A DNA stretch of 47,990 nucleotides from Pseudomonadota bacterium (lineage in GTDB: Bacteria; Pseudomonadota; Alphaproteobacteria; Rhizobiales; CAJQND01), in the NCBI GenBank assembly GCA_039180225.1, contig JBCDDQ010000002.1:1-47990 (forward strand), given 5' to 3'. Shown here in pieces: positions 33,337 to 43,553 of the stretch. Numbering within the stretch: the stretch's first letter is position 1; the number at the start of each line of letters is the position of its first letter. The notes under the pieces are model-generated. The model was not told the DNA's origin. It saw only the letters and a list, made by a program, of their open reading frames with translations, and made no database searches. Made by a program: the position numbers and the translations under genes.

Positions 33337-34833
33337 ATGTCAAACCTGAAGATGCCTAAAGTGGATCAAACCGCCCTCGCTCGGCGGCAAGAAATCGCAT
33401 CTGAACTGCGCCGCATTGTGCCCGGCGAAGGGGTGATCGACGAAGCTGAAGAGATGCGCGCCTATGAGAGCGACGGGCTGACCGCCTATAAGCAGGTGCC
33501 TTTGCTTGTGGTTCTTCCAGAAACGGTTGAGCAGGTTTCCGCGGTGCTCAAATATGCCAACGACAACGGCATCAAGGTTGTTCCGCGCGGCGCGGGCACA
33601 TCGCTGTCCGGCGGCGCTTTGCCCTTGGCGGATGGCATTCTGCTTGGGTTGGGCAAGTTCAACAAAGTTTTGGAAATCGACTATGAGAACCGCTGCGCGG
33701 TGGTGCAACCTGGTGTAACCAACCTGGCCATTACGCAGGCCGTGCAGCACGAGGGCTTTTACTACGCGCCAGACCCTTCCTCGCAGATCGCCTGCACCAT
33801 AGGCGGAAACATTGCGGAAAACTCCGGCGGCGTGCATTGCCTCAAATATGGCCTCACCACAAACAACGTGCTTGGCCTTGAAGTGGTGCTGATCACCGGT
33901 GAAGTGGTGCGTATCGGTGGCAAACATTTGGACAGCGAAGGCTACGACCTGATGGGCCTGATGGTGGGGTCGGAAGGGCTGCTGGGCGTGGTCACCGAGG
34001 TCACGGTGCGTATTCTCAAAGCGCCTGAAACGGCGCGTGCCGTGCTGGTTGGCTTCCCCTCCAGCGAAGATGCCGGACAATGCGTGGCCGATGTAATCTC
34101 CAGCGGCATTATCGCCGGCGGGATGGAGATGATGGATAAGCCCGCCATTCATGCCGCCGAAGAATTCGTTCAGGCCGGCTATCCGCTAGATGTGGAAGCC
34201 CTGCTCATCGTCGAGCTGGATGGCCCGGAGGCGGAGGTGGACCATCTCATCGACCGGGTCTCGCAAATCGCTGAGAAGAACAATTCCGTGTCGATGCGCG
34301 TCTCCACTACCGAGGCTGAGCGCGCGAGCTTTTGGGCAGGCCGCAAGGCCGCCTTCCCGGCCGTGGGCCGCATCTCTCCGGACTATTACTGCATGGACGG
34401 CACCATCCCGCGCCACCAACTGCCCAAGGTTCTGGGGCGCATGAACGAGCTCTCCCAGCATTATGGGTTGCGCGTTGCGAACGTGTTTCATGCAGGCGAC
34501 GGCAATCTGCATCCGCTGATCCTTTATGATGCCAACGTACCTGGTGAGCTGGAGAAGGCGGAGGAGTTCGGCGCCGATATTCTGACCCTTTGCGTTGAAG
34601 TGGGCGGTGTGCTGACCGGCGAGCATGGGGTTGGCGTGGAGAAGCGGGATCTGATGCCCACCATGTTCTCTGAGACCGACCTCAACCATCAACAACGGGT
34701 CAAGTGCGCGTTCGACCCAGACGGTCTGTTGAACCCGGGCAAAGTGTTTCCTGAACTGCACCGCTGTGCAGAGCTTGGCCGCATGCACATCCACAGAGGC
34801 CAGGTGCCTTTCCCGGACATTCCCAGATTCTGA
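33337..34833 (+). CDS. glcD: Glycolate oxidase subunit GlcD (FAD-linked oxidase)
   Basis: 498 aa with FAD-binding PCMH region VVPRGAGTSLSGGALP. Followed by glcE, glcF and malate synthase G. Confidence 0.9.
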   Translation: MSNLKMPKVDQTALARRQEIASELRRIVPGEGVIDEAEEMRAYESDGLTAYKQVPLLVVLPETVEQVSAVLKYANDNGIKVVPRGAGTSLSGGALPLADGILLGLGKFNKVLEIDYENRCAVVQPGVTNLAITQAVQHEGFYYAPDPSSQIACTIGGNIAENSGGVHCLKYGLTTNNVLGLEVVLITGEVVRIGGKHLDSEGYDLMGLMVGSEGLLGVVTEVTVRILKAPETARAVLVGFPSSEDAGQCVADVISSGIIAGGMEMMDKPAIHAAEEFVQAGYPLDVEALLIVELDGPEAEVDHLIDRVSQIAEKNNSVSMRVSTTEAERASFWAGRKAAFPAVGRISPDYYCMDGTIPRHQLPKVLGRMNELSQHYGLRVANVFHAGDGNLHPLILYDANVPGELEKAEEFGADILTLCVEVGGVLTGEHGVGVEKRDLMPTMFSETDLNHQQRVKCAFDPDGLLNPGKVFPELHRCAELGRMHIHRGQVPFPDIPRF

Positions 34834-34842
34834 GCTCGTCAA

Positions 34843-36030
34843 ATGTCGTCCACCCTCAAACCAGAAGATGCCGTGCAACTCCATGATGCCGTCAAGTGGG
34901 CCGTGGCTGAGGAAAAGCCGCTGGACATTGTTGGCCATGGCACCAAACACGCGATCGGCAGACCTGCCCAGCACGAGTTCACCCTTGACCTCTCCGCCCT
35001 CACCGGCGTGACCCTTTATGAACCGGAGGAACTGGTGCTGTCGGCCCATGCCGCAACGCCCCGTGCGGAGGTGGAACAGCTGCTGCGAGACAAAAACCAA
35101 GAGTTTGCGTTCGAGCCACCAGACCTGTCCGTTCTTTTGGGCGCCAATGGGCCGGGTACATTGGGCGGCATGGTGGCCAGCAATCTGGCAGGGCCGCGGC
35201 GCATTAAAGCAGGCGCGGTGCGCGATCATTTTCTCGGCTTCTCGGGGGTGTCGGGCCGTGGAGAGACATTCAAGTCAGGAGGCCGCGTGGTCAAAAATGT
35301 GACCGGGTACGATCTGCCAAAGATCATCGCGGGCTCGTGGGGCACACTTGCCGTGCTGTCGGATATCACGTTGAAAGTGCTGCCGGCTGCGGAAACCGAG
35401 AAGAGCTTTGCCCTGGAAGGGCTGAACGATGAGCTTGCTGTTGGCGCCATGTCACGGGCCTTCCAGTCGTCCTGCGAAGTTTCTGGCGCAGCGCATTTGC
35501 CGGAAGGTCTGTTAGGCGCGGCTGCCACCGTTTTCCGGATCGAAGGTATCGGCCCATCGGTGGAGTATCGACTGGAGAAACTGGCTGATCTGCTGAAAGA
35601 TCTCGGCCCGTCCGAAAAGTTGGACAGCGACGGTTCGAAGGAACTGTGGCGCTCTATCCGGGATGTGAGCTTTTTTGCCAACGGAACGGACCGACCCGTT
35701 TGGCGTCTTTCGGTACCGCCGATGGACGGGGCGAAAGTGGCCGGCGCGATTGCCGCCAAGTGCGATGCCCGCTGGTTCTTCGATTGGGCCGGGGGGCTGA
35801 TCTGGTGTGAGGTGCCCGAAGCGGACAATGCCTCAGAACAGATCGTCCGCGCTGCCGTGGCCCAGACCAGCGGCCATGCCACGCTGATCCGGGCACCGCA
35901 GGCCATCCGAGCAGCAGTCGATGTGTTTCAACCGCCGGAGCCCGGTCTTGCCCTTGTTGCCCAGAACGTGAAGGCGGCGTTTGACCCGAACGGCATCCTC
36001 AACCCCGGCCGCATGTACGCGAGTGCTTAA
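34843..36030 (+). CDS. glcE: Glycolate oxidase FAD-binding subunit GlcE
   Basis: 395 aa with FAD-binding-4-type domain (IVGHGTKHAIG; NVTGYDLPKIIAGSWGTLAV). Positioned between glcD and glcF. Confidence 0.85.
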   Translation: MSSTLKPEDAVQLHDAVKWAVAEEKPLDIVGHGTKHAIGRPAQHEFTLDLSALTGVTLYEPEELVLSAHAATPRAEVEQLLRDKNQEFAFEPPDLSVLLGANGPGTLGGMVASNLAGPRRIKAGAVRDHFLGFSGVSGRGETFKSGGRVVKNVTGYDLPKIIAGSWGTLAVLSDITLKVLPAAETEKSFALEGLNDELAVGAMSRAFQSSCEVSGAAHLPEGLLGAAATVFRIEGIGPSVEYRLEKLADLLKDLGPSEKLDSDGSKELWRSIRDVSFFANGTDRPVWRLSVPPMDGAKVAGAIAAKCDARWFFDWAGGLIWCEVPEADNASEQIVRAAVAQTSGHATLIRAPQAIRAAVDVFQPPEPGLALVAQNVKAAFDPNGILNPGRMYASA

Positions 36031-36045
36031 GAGAACGAAAGACCG

Positions 36046-37350
36046 ATGCAAACCAATTTCTCGCTCAAACAACTCGCCGATCCCCAGTTCTCACACTCTG
36101 AGTCCATCTTGCGGAACTGCGTCCATTGCGGGTTCTGCACCGCCACTTGCCCGACTTATGTGGAACTTGGCGATGAGTTGGACAGTCCACGCGGGCGGAT
36201 TTACCTGATCAAAGAGATGCTGGAGAGCGGCAAGGCGCCCACGGCTGGTGTGGTGAAGCATGTGGACCGCTGCCTGTCGTGCCTTTCATGTATGACCACC
36301 TGCCCGGCCAGCGTGAATTATATGCATCTGGTGGATCACGGTCGGGCTTACATCGAGCAGCACTACAGGCGCCCCTTGGCCGACCGCATGATCCGCAAGA
36401 TCCTGGAAATCGTGCTGCCTAACAAGACTCTGTTCAAATTCTCGCTGATTATGGCTCGTCTCGCCCGCCCCTTTGCGGGTCTGTTCAAGGCAATCAGGCC
36501 TCTAAAACCGCTGGGCGCCATGCTCGAGCTCGCCCCCACCAGATCTGCCCCCACCACGCCCACCTGCAAACCAGGTACATTCAGCCCGGATGGCCCTCGT
36601 AAGGGCCGCGTGGCTTTGCTGACCGGCTGCGCTCAGCCGGTGCTCAATCCGGGTATCAACGAGGCTACGGTCCGCCTTCTCAACCGTTTGGGCATTGAGG
36701 TGGTTGTGCCGGCAGGGGTCGGCTGTTGCGGCGCCCTCACCCATCACATGGGCAAGGAGGCGGACAGCCATGCCAAAGCCGCGGCCAACGTCGCCGCCTG
36801 GACCGCAGAGATCGAAGGGGATGGCTTGGATGCTATCATTATCAACACGTCCGGCTGCGGCACCACGGTGAAAGATTACGGCCACATGCTGGCCCATGAT
36901 GAGGCGTATGCAGACAAGGCCAAGCAGGTATCAGAGCTCACCAAGGATATTACGGAGTATTTGAGCGGGCTCGATCTCGCCAATGCCAATGCTGGCGAGC
37001 CCTTGCGCGTTGCCTATCATTCCGCCTGCTCCTTGCAACATGGCCAACGCGTGCGCACCCAACCCAAAGCCCTGCTGCAAGCCTGCGGCTTTGAGGTGGT
37101 GGACCCGCCGGAAGGCCATCTGTGCTGCGGCTCGGCGGGGACGTACAACATCATGCAGTCGGACATCGCCGACCGCCTGCGGAAGCGTAAGGTGCGAAAT
37201 ATAGAAAGCACTCAGCCCCAACTTATCGCCGCCGGCAACATTGGCTGCATGACTCAAATCGCATCAGGGACCGGCATTCCAGTGGTCCACACCGTGGAGC
37301 TTTTGGACTGGGCCACCGGTGGCCCCAAGCCGGAAGCTCTCACAAAGTGA
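36046..37350 (+). CDS. glcF: Glycolate oxidase iron-sulfur subunit GlcF
   Basis: CVHCGFCTATCPTY and CLSCLSCMTTCP 4Fe-4S motifs, plus two CCG domains (GVGCCGAL, HLCCGSAG). Confidence 0.9.
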   Translation: MQTNFSLKQLADPQFSHSESILRNCVHCGFCTATCPTYVELGDELDSPRGRIYLIKEMLESGKAPTAGVVKHVDRCLSCLSCMTTCPASVNYMHLVDHGRAYIEQHYRRPLADRMIRKILEIVLPNKTLFKFSLIMARLARPFAGLFKAIRPLKPLGAMLELAPTRSAPTTPTCKPGTFSPDGPRKGRVALLTGCAQPVLNPGINEATVRLLNRLGIEVVVPAGVGCCGALTHHMGKEADSHAKAAANVAAWTAEIEGDGLDAIIINTSGCGTTVKDYGHMLAHDEAYADKAKQVSELTKDITEYLSGLDLANANAGEPLRVAYHSACSLQHGQRVRTQPKALLQACGFEVVDPPEGHLCCGSAGTYNIMQSDIADRLRKRKVRNIESTQPQLIAAGNIGCMTQIASGTGIPVVHTVELLDWATGGPKPEALTK

Positions 37351-37457
37351 AGTAAGATTCCGTAGAGTGGGAAGAGGCCTTGAGCCAGCAGAGTTGATGG
37401 TGTTCTTGCCCCTGCGAATGTAAGCATCCAACCCCCATCTGAGGAGAGTGCCGCAGA

Positions 37458-39623
37458 ATGACTACGCGGGTTAATTCGGGCCGTTTGAGCGTTGCCAAAC
37501 CGCTTTATGATTTCGTCAATGAGGAAGCCCTTTCGGGCACCGGTGTAGCGGTTGAACAGTTTTGGAATGCGTTGAATGACATCATCGCCGACCTGACGCC
37601 GAAGAACCGTGCACTTTTAGAGAAGCGCACCGATCTTCAGACCAAGATCAGCGCCTGGCACAAGGCCAATCCGGGCTTCGATTTGGCGGCGTATCGGACG
37701 TTTCTGAAGGATATTGGCTATCTGGTCCCCGAAGGTGAAGCCTTTTCCGTGGACACCCAAAACGTGGACGATGAAATCGCTCACATTGCCGGTCCGCAGC
37801 TTGTTGTGCCGGTGATGAATGCCCGATTTGCGCTCAACGCGGCCAATGCCCGTTGGTGGAGCCTTTACGATGCCCTCTACGGCACGGACGCCATCTCCGA
37901 AGACGGCGGAGCAGAAAGGGCCGGCGGCTACAACGCAGTGCGTGGCGCGCGGGTGATCGCTTGGGCCAATCAGTTCCTTGATGGCGCCGCACCGCTTGAC
38001 GGCGCGGCCCATAGCGATGTGGCAGGCTTCTCGGTTTCCAACGGTACGCTCGAGGCGGCGCTCACGTCTGGCGGCACCACGGGTCTTGCCAACCCGGGTC
38101 AGTTTGCGGGCTATAAGGGCGAGGCCGAGCATCCCTCTTCCATCTTGATCAAGAACAACAATCTGCACTTTGAATTGGTGATCGACCGCACACACCCTGT
38201 GGGCCAGAACGATCCGGCCGGGCGGGCCGATGTGATCATTGAAGCCGCGATCACCACCATTATGGATCTGGAAGATTCCATCGCCGCCGTGGATGCCGAA
38301 GACAAAGTGGACGCCTACCGCAACTGGCTTGGCCTGATGAGGGGCGACCTGGCCTCTTCGTTCTCCAAGGGCGGCCAAACCGTGCAGCGCACTATGGCCG
38401 GAGACCGGTCTTATTCGGCGCCCGACGGGTCAGACCTCACCCTGCATGGCCGCAGTTTGATGCTGGTGCGCAATGTGGGTCATCTCATGACCAACCCGGC
38501 CATTTTGGACGGGGATGGCAACGAGGTGTTTGAGGGCCTGATCGACGCGGCCGTTACGGCGGCCATCGCGCTGCACGATATCGGGCCAGGCGGCAAGAAT
38601 ATGAACAGCCGCACAGGCTCCATGTACGTGGTGAAGCCCAAGATGCACGGACCTGAGGAGGTGGCCTTTGCCTCTGAACTCTTCGGACGGGTGGAGCAGG
38701 CGCTGGGGATGGCGGCCAATACCATTAAGATGGGCATCATGGACGAAGAGCGCCGCACGACTGTGAACCTGAAAGAGTGCATCCGCGCAGCGTCCAGCCG
38801 CGTTGTGTTTATCAACACAGGCTTCCTGGACCGCACCGGAGATGAGATTCATACGTCCATGGAAGCGGGCCCCATGTTGCGCAAAGGCGACATGAAAGCG
38901 GCTGCGTGGATCGAGGCCTATGAGGACTGGAACGTGGATATTGGTCTGGAGTGCGGCCTCAGCGGCCATGCCCAGATCGGCAAGGGCATGTGGGCGATGC
39001 CGGATATGATGGCCGACATGCTGGAGCAAAAGATCGGGCACCCCACGGCTGGCGCCAACACCGCTTGGGTGCCCTCGCCCACAGCAGCTGCGCTTCACGC
39101 AACCCACTATCACAAAGTCTCCGTTGCAGACCGACAAGCCGAGCTGCAGTCGCGCGGCCGGGCGAGCCTTGATGATATTCTCTCCATTCCCCTGGCCGAG
39201 CGCCCCAACTGGACGCCCGAGGCCATTCAGCAGGAACTCGACAATAATGCCCAGGGCATCCTTGGCTATGTAGTCCGGTGGGTGGACCAAGGTGTCGGCT
39301 GCTCCAAAGTGCCCGACATCAACGACATCGGCTTGATGGAAGACCGTGCCACCTTGCGCATTTCCAGCCAGCACATTGCCAATTGGCTGCATCACGGTAT
39401 CTGCAGCGAAGCCCAGGTGCGCGAGACCTTGGAACGCATGGCCGTTGTGGTCGACGGCCAGAACGCCGGCGACCCGGTCTACTCCAACATGGCGCCGGAC
39501 TATGGAGCCAGCATCGCCTTCCAGGCGGCCTGTGACCTGGTGTTCAAGGGCGCAGAACAGCCCAGTGGCTACACTGAACCGATCCTGCATGCCCGCCGGC
39601 TGGAGGTGAAAGCGACAAGCTAG
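37458..39623 (+). CDS. glcB: Malate synthase G
   Basis: 721 aa, characteristic of the G isoform, with motifs such as [15 protein letters not shown] and [25 protein letters not shown] upstream. Confidence 0.92.
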   Translation: MTTRVNSGRLSVAKPLYDFVNEEALSGTGVAVEQFWNALNDIIADLTPKNRALLEKRTDLQTKISAWHKANPGFDLAAYRTFLKDIGYLVPEGEAFSVDTQNVDDEIAHIAGPQLVVPVMNARFALNAANARWWSLYDALYGTDAISEDGGAERAGGYNAVRGARVIAWANQFLDGAAPLDGAAHSDVAGFSVSNGTLEAALTSGGTTGLANPGQFAGYKGEAEHPSSILIKNNNLHFELVIDRTHPVGQNDPAGRADVIIEAAITTIMDLEDSIAAVDAEDKVDAYRNWLGLMRGDLASSFSKGGQTVQRTMAGDRSYSAPDGSDLTLHGRSLMLVRNVGHLMTNPAILDGDGNEVFEGLIDAAVTAAIALHDIGPGGKNMNSRTGSMYVVKPKMHGPEEVAFASELFGRVEQALGMAANTIKMGIMDEERRTTVNLKECIRAASSRVVFINTGFLDRTGDEIHTSMEAGPMLRKGDMKAAAWIEAYEDWNVDIGLECGLSGHAQIGKGMWAMPDMMADMLEQKIGHPTAGANTAWVPSPTAAALHATHYHKVSVADRQAELQSRGRASLDDILSIPLAERPNWTPEAIQQELDNNAQGILGYVVRWVDQGVGCSKVPDINDIGLMEDRATLRISSQHIANWLHHGICSEAQVRETLERMAVVVDGQNAGDPVYSNMAPDYGASIAFQAACDLVFKGAEQPSGYTEPILHARRLEVKATS

Positions 39624-39669
39624 AGAAGTTCTTTGTCATATGGAAACACTTGACAAAGAACGGCTCTAG
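39620..39669. terminator. Long inverted repeat between convergent glcB and SnoaL-like genes (bidirectional terminator candidate)
   Basis: 19-nt arms 39620-39638 and 39651-39669 pair at 17 of 19 positions, with a perfect core GTTCTTTGTCA/TGACAAAGAAC and a 12-nt loop. The arms contain both stop codons (TAG 39621-39623; CTA 39666-39668). There is no strong U-tract. Confidence 0.45.
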
Positions 39670-40433
39670 AACTTGCCGTTGTTGTTTTTCCACTGATCTT
39701 TGGGAGCGATTTTTTCAGTGGTGTCCCAGTGCTCCACCACCTTACCGCCCTTCAAGCGGAAGAGGTCGTAGAAGGCTGAATGGACGCCGCCGCGCCGGCC
39801 CTCTGAGGCGGCCAGCACAAAATTTCCTTCAGCCAGAACGCGGTGGAGGCGCTCGTAGCTTATGGTTCGCGCTCCTTGGGCATCACGCTCATCCAGTGCG
39901 GCGTGCAACGTGGCCAGATCATCGTCGAGCCGCGGGTTGTGCTCCGTGTATTGGGTCTCATCGATGAACTCGGCAAGACGGTCCAGCTCGCCCTTGATCA
40001 GAACGGTCTCCACAAAGGTGCGGATGCAGGCGCGGTTGTCTTCGGTGTGATCAAGATCTTCCGCCTCGGTGGGGCCGTCCACCATGGAGTGGCCAGCGGA
40101 GTTGGGACCTTGTCGCTCCTGGATATTGTCCCAATGTTCGACCGCTTGGCCCTCCTCGAAGCGGAACATCTCAAAACCGATTTTGCGGCTGGCGAAGTCA
40201 TACTCCATGTGGGCAAAGACAAAGACACCATCCTCAAAGCCGCGCACCATGTTGACCCGGGGCTGGGTTTTGGCAAGGCGGGCAAAGAGGGCCGCAAGCC
40301 CCTCGCTGCCTTCATGTGTTTGCGGATTATGCTGAATGTACTTGGCCTCATTGACCACGGCAATAGGTTTGGGATTGCCCGTTTCTATGCTCTTCAGCAG
40401 GGCGCGGATCTGCTCTTTTTGGGATGGGGGCAT
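39666..40433 (-). CDS. Tandem SnoaL-like/NTF2-fold protein (COG4922-like)
   Basis: Two homologous halves: YIQHNPQTHEG...FEMFRFEEGQAVEHWDNIQE and YTEHNPRLDDD...FYDLFRLKGGKVVEHWDTTEK. SD AGGAGA lies 9 nt upstream. Confidence 0.7.
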   Translation of the reverse strand: MPPSQKEQIRALLKSIETGNPKPIAVVNEAKYIQHNPQTHEGSEGLAALFARLAKTQPRVNMVRGFEDGVFVFAHMEYDFASRKIGFEMFRFEEGQAVEHWDNIQERQGPNSAGHSMVDGPTEAEDLDHTEDNRACIRTFVETVLIKGELDRLAEFIDETQYTEHNPRLDDDLATLHAALDERDAQGARTISYERLHRVLAEGNFVLAASEGRRGGVHSAFYDLFRLKGGKVVEHWDTTEKIAPKDQWKNNNGKF

Positions 40434-40571
40434 CGGGCTCTGTCTCCTTCGGTTTGAGTGATACCGCCGTTTGGCCGAGGCGGGAAGCGTCTTGCCGCGT
40501 TCTGACGAAGGCGGCGACCCGGGAGCATCTTGCTCTTTTCCATGATGGTTTCCATCCCCCGCGTCCAGATA

Positions 40572-41024
40572 TCAGAGCTTTGAGTACGCCTCCAACAGAG
40601 CCTTGAATTCGTCAGCCGAGGCTGGAAATCGCGGGAAGCTGTGAACGACAGGCACGTGCGCCCAGGGCACTTTTTCGTCCGTCATCAATTCAACAAACGG
40701 CTCGAACAAAGCCGCATCGTTCAGCACCGATGTGCGCAAATTGATCCGGTCGTCAGCCCCTTCGATCTGGGTGTAAACGAGGCTCAAACACGCTTTGCAA
40801 TAGTAATGCGCCCGCGGGCCCGATCCGAGACCGCCCGTTATCAGCTCGCCCGAGCAGGAGAAACCGCTGCTCGGGAACACGATGGCAAGAGCATAGGCGC
40901 TCGCGCTCATCTTCTGACAATCGCGGCAATGACACGCCATTGATAGAAGGGGCGGCTCTGTTATGCGAACCTGGACGGCTCCACACAGGCAGGAGCCTTC
41001 GAACGGAGGCTTGGGCAGTGTCAT
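40572..41024 (-). CDS. GFA (glutathione-dependent formaldehyde-activating/CENP-V-like) family protein
   Basis: Cys pattern CLCGAVQ...CHCRDCQK...CKAC is typical of the GFA zinc-binding domain. Confidence 0.75.
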   Translation of the reverse strand: MTLPKPPFEGSCLCGAVQVRITEPPLLSMACHCRDCQKMSASAYALAIVFPSSGFSCSGELITGGLGSGPRAHYYCKACLSLVYTQIEGADDRINLRTSVLNDAALFEPFVELMTDEKVPWAHVPVVHSFPRFPASADEFKALLEAYSKL

Positions 41025-41034
41025 TGGTCCTCAC

Positions 41035-41418
41035 TCACTTCTCGGCAATCGCTTCGATTTCCAGAAACCACCCCTCTTCAAACATGCCGGCCAATACCAC
41101 TGTAAGCGCGAAGGTGTGTCCGCCCAGCATCTTTACCCGAACGTCCCTGTTTTCGTCGCGGAACTTGCGGTCAGCGAGGAAGGTGGTTGCTTTGACAATG
41201 TTTTCCACACCCATGTCGGCCGCGCGGAGCTGGGCTAGAATGTTGGCCCAGACCGCTTCGGCCTGTTCGGCAAAGCTGGCGGGTACGGTGCCGTTCGCTG
41301 TAATCGGCCCCTGCCCGCTGACGTAAAGGCGCCGCGTTGTTTCAGACACCTCCAGCGCCTGCACATAAGCCCCCAGCGCTTCGGCGCCATCTTCTGCGTT
41401 GATGCGTTTTGTTTTCAT
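41035..41418 (-). CDS. RidA/YjgF/Rut-type family protein
   Basis: About 127 aa from the internal ATG (MKTKRINAEDG...LYVSGQGP...WFLEIEAIA), with the typical YjgF fold signature at the C-terminus. The ORF track gives a longer form, 41035..41457. Confidence 0.7.
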   Translation of the reverse strand: MKTKRINAEDGAEALGAYVQALEVSETTRRLYVSGQGPITANGTVPASFAEQAEAVWANILAQLRAADMGVENIVKATTFLADRKFRDENRDVRVKMLGGHTFALTVVLAGMFEEGWFLEIEAIAEK

Positions 41419-41556
41419 TTGGTTTGTTTTCTCCGGTGTTGGTGATTTTGCTGACACCCCTCCAAGAGCCTGCGAAACGGCTGAACGCGGCCGTTTGACG
41501 GGAGTTTTGAAAAAGGGAAAGCCGTTCAGACAAAACGCGGTGCGGTCACAGGCCGC

Positions 41557-42810
41557 CTAGCGTGCCCTCACGCTCTTGGGCCGACAGCTGCGGCTGTCCA
41601 CGTCCCGCTGCCGCTCTTCGTTGACGCGCATATAGCGTCTCGTTTCAGGCAGAGCGTTTTGGTCGCGGGCCATCTGAAGCTGCAATACGTTAGCATATTC
41701 CAAGCGAAATGCAATTTCAGACCCTGCAAGATAGAAATCCCAGATCCGGCAAAAGCGCTCATCATAGATCTTCGCCGCCTTCTTGCGGTTGCCGTTGAAG
41801 CGGTTGCGCCAGTGACGCAACGTGCGGGCATAGTGGCCGCGGAGCACCTCCACATCGCAGAGATAAAGACCGCTGTCTTCAATCTCGCGCTGAACCTCAG
41901 AAAGCGCCGGCAGGTAGCCACCAGGGAAGATGTACCGATCAATCCACGTGCTGGTGGGATAGGGCCCATGCGGACGGGCAATTGTGTGTATGAGGGCAAC
42001 ACCGTCGCCCGTCAGCAGATCCAGAACCTTTCTGAAATAGGTTCCGAAATGGCGCGGGCCCACATGCTCGAACATGCCGACGGAGGCAATGCGGTCAAAC
42101 TGGCCCTCTACCTTGCGGTAGTCCAGAAGACAAATCTCCACCTGGCCCTCCAGCCCACGCGTTGAGACCCGCTGGCGCGCCACCTCCGCCTGCTCCACCG
42201 ACAAGGTGATGCCGGTGACCACGGCCCCGCAGACCTCAGCAAGGTAAAGCGCCAGGCCACCCCAGCCGCAGCCAATGTCGAGCACGTGCATGCCCGGCTC
42301 TATGTTCAGCTTGGCAGCAATGCGGCGCTTCTTGGCAAGCTGGGCCTGATGCAACGAGGTTTGCGGACCTGGGAAGTAGGCGCAGGAATACTGCCGGTCG
42401 CTGTCTAAGAAGAGATCGTAGAACTTACCGGAGAGATCATAGTGGTGAGCCACATTTCGCCTGGAGCCGGCAATACCGTTGGAACGGGCCGCCCGCCGCA
42501 GCGTCTGCTTAAGGGCTGCGCCCGTGCGCCATTTATAGGCAAAGCCATAATCCAGCTGCGGGATAACCAGCGCCATCAACTCATAAAGGCTGCCCGCCTC
42601 GACCGTGAGGCGTCCGTTCACATAGGCTTCGCCAAATGCCGGGTCCGGGCGCAGTGCCAAAGCCAGGCCCACCAAATGATCATGCAGCTTGACGCAAATC
42701 TCCTTGCCCCGGCCATCCCCGAAGCGGTGCTCGGCGCCGTCAGGATCCAGGACTAAGAGGTTTCCCCGGGTAACACTCTTACTCAGAAAATGGTGAAGGA
42801 CAAAAAACAT
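41557..42810 (-). CDS. cfa: Cyclopropane-fatty-acyl-phospholipid synthase family SAM-dependent methyltransferase
   Basis: HYDLSGKFYDLFLDSDRQYSCAYF and SAM motif VLDIGCGWGGLALYLAE. I prefer the ATG at 42810, preceded by GAGGAGG with 9-nt spacing. The ORF track extends to 42885. Confidence 0.85.
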   Translation of the reverse strand: MFFVLHHFLSKSVTRGNLLVLDPDGAEHRFGDGRGKEICVKLHDHLVGLALALRPDPAFGEAYVNGRLTVEAGSLYELMALVIPQLDYGFAYKWRTGAALKQTLRRAARSNGIAGSRRNVAHHYDLSGKFYDLFLDSDRQYSCAYFPGPQTSLHQAQLAKKRRIAAKLNIEPGMHVLDIGCGWGGLALYLAEVCGAVVTGITLSVEQAEVARQRVSTRGLEGQVEICLLDYRKVEGQFDRIASVGMFEHVGPRHFGTYFRKVLDLLTGDGVALIHTIARPHGPYPTSTWIDRYIFPGGYLPALSEVQREIEDSGLYLCDVEVLRGHYARTLRHWRNRFNGNRKKAAKIYDERFCRIWDFYLAGSEIAFRLEYANVLQLQMARDQNALPETRRYMRVNEERQRDVDSRSCRPKSVRAR

Positions 42811-42929
42811 GCACACGGCCCTCCTCGCTTCGTCACTCCCTCCGGGGTCCTCCTTTTGGTTCTGCAGCTTTGGAGTATAGCGCAAATCAGGGAAAAGTTT
42901 GAGTCAAGCCCTCAACCTGCTGAATTTAC

Positions 42930-43433
42930 TTATGTTTCAAGATTACGCGCTCGTACTCTCACCGCGGCTGAGGCATCGGTTTCGGCCGCCTCAAGCGCAG
43001 ACTTGGCCTGACGGTCAAATGCGGGATGTTGAGCTGCCAGCGCGTGCAAAGCGCTCATCGACCAGGCTCTCAGAAACGGGCGCTCATGCTTTAGAAGGCC
43101 GGAGAGCCAATCTGCCAATGGTGGCGCGGCCTCCTCTGGCACGGTCAGGGCGTCCAGCATCTGGCACACGTGAAGCTGCGCCGGCCAGTGCACGATCTTC
43201 TCCAAGTTTGCCAGAAGCGCATCCGTCTCCGACGGTGAAAGAAGGTTGCCCTTTTCCAGGCTCGCCTTGAGTAGCCAGGTGGCACCATCTGAAACGTGGA
43301 GCTCGTCGTGTGCGCTCAGCGCCACAAGGTCGGCCAAATAGCTCGCCGCGCCGCCATGTCGGGCGTGCGCCTCTGACAGCAAGGTGACCGCCTTGCCGTC
43401 ATAAGCGCGCAGATCTTCAAGCAGGGAACCCAT
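42930..43433 (-). CDS. Hypothetical all-helical (HEAT/ARM-like repeat) protein
   Basis: 167-aa ORF with GC3 bias and repeated amphipathic helices. No motif that I can assign. Confidence 0.5.
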   Translation of the reverse strand: MGSLLEDLRAYDGKAVTLLSEAHARHGGAASYLADLVALSAHDELHVSDGATWLLKASLEKGNLLSPSETDALLANLEKIVHWPAQLHVCQMLDALTVPEEAAPPLADWLSGLLKHERPFLRAWSMSALHALAAQHPAFDRQAKSALEAAETDASAAVRVRARNLET

Positions 43434-43553
43434 GGGCCCAGCCTATCAATGCAGTGATGCTTTTGAGAAGCGTCTTTCGACTTGACACATCTTTCATTTC
43501 GATAATACTAGAAATTACGTTCAACCCACTGCAGGTACAGGAGCCTGAGACAC

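Noticed and set aside
41475-41496. Hairpin AAACGGC-N8-GCCGTTT downstream of the cfa gene as a terminator.
   Set aside because: The stem is only 7 bp with no U-tract, and several partially overlapping alternative pairings exist. The evidence is insufficient.
43482-43511. Sigma70 promoter for the ArsI-like gene, based on a perfect TTGACA.
   Set aside because: No -10 hexamer with acceptable spacing exists. GATAAT is only 13 nt away, and hexamers at 15-18 nt match TATAAT at 3 of 6 or fewer. I did not report it as a feature.
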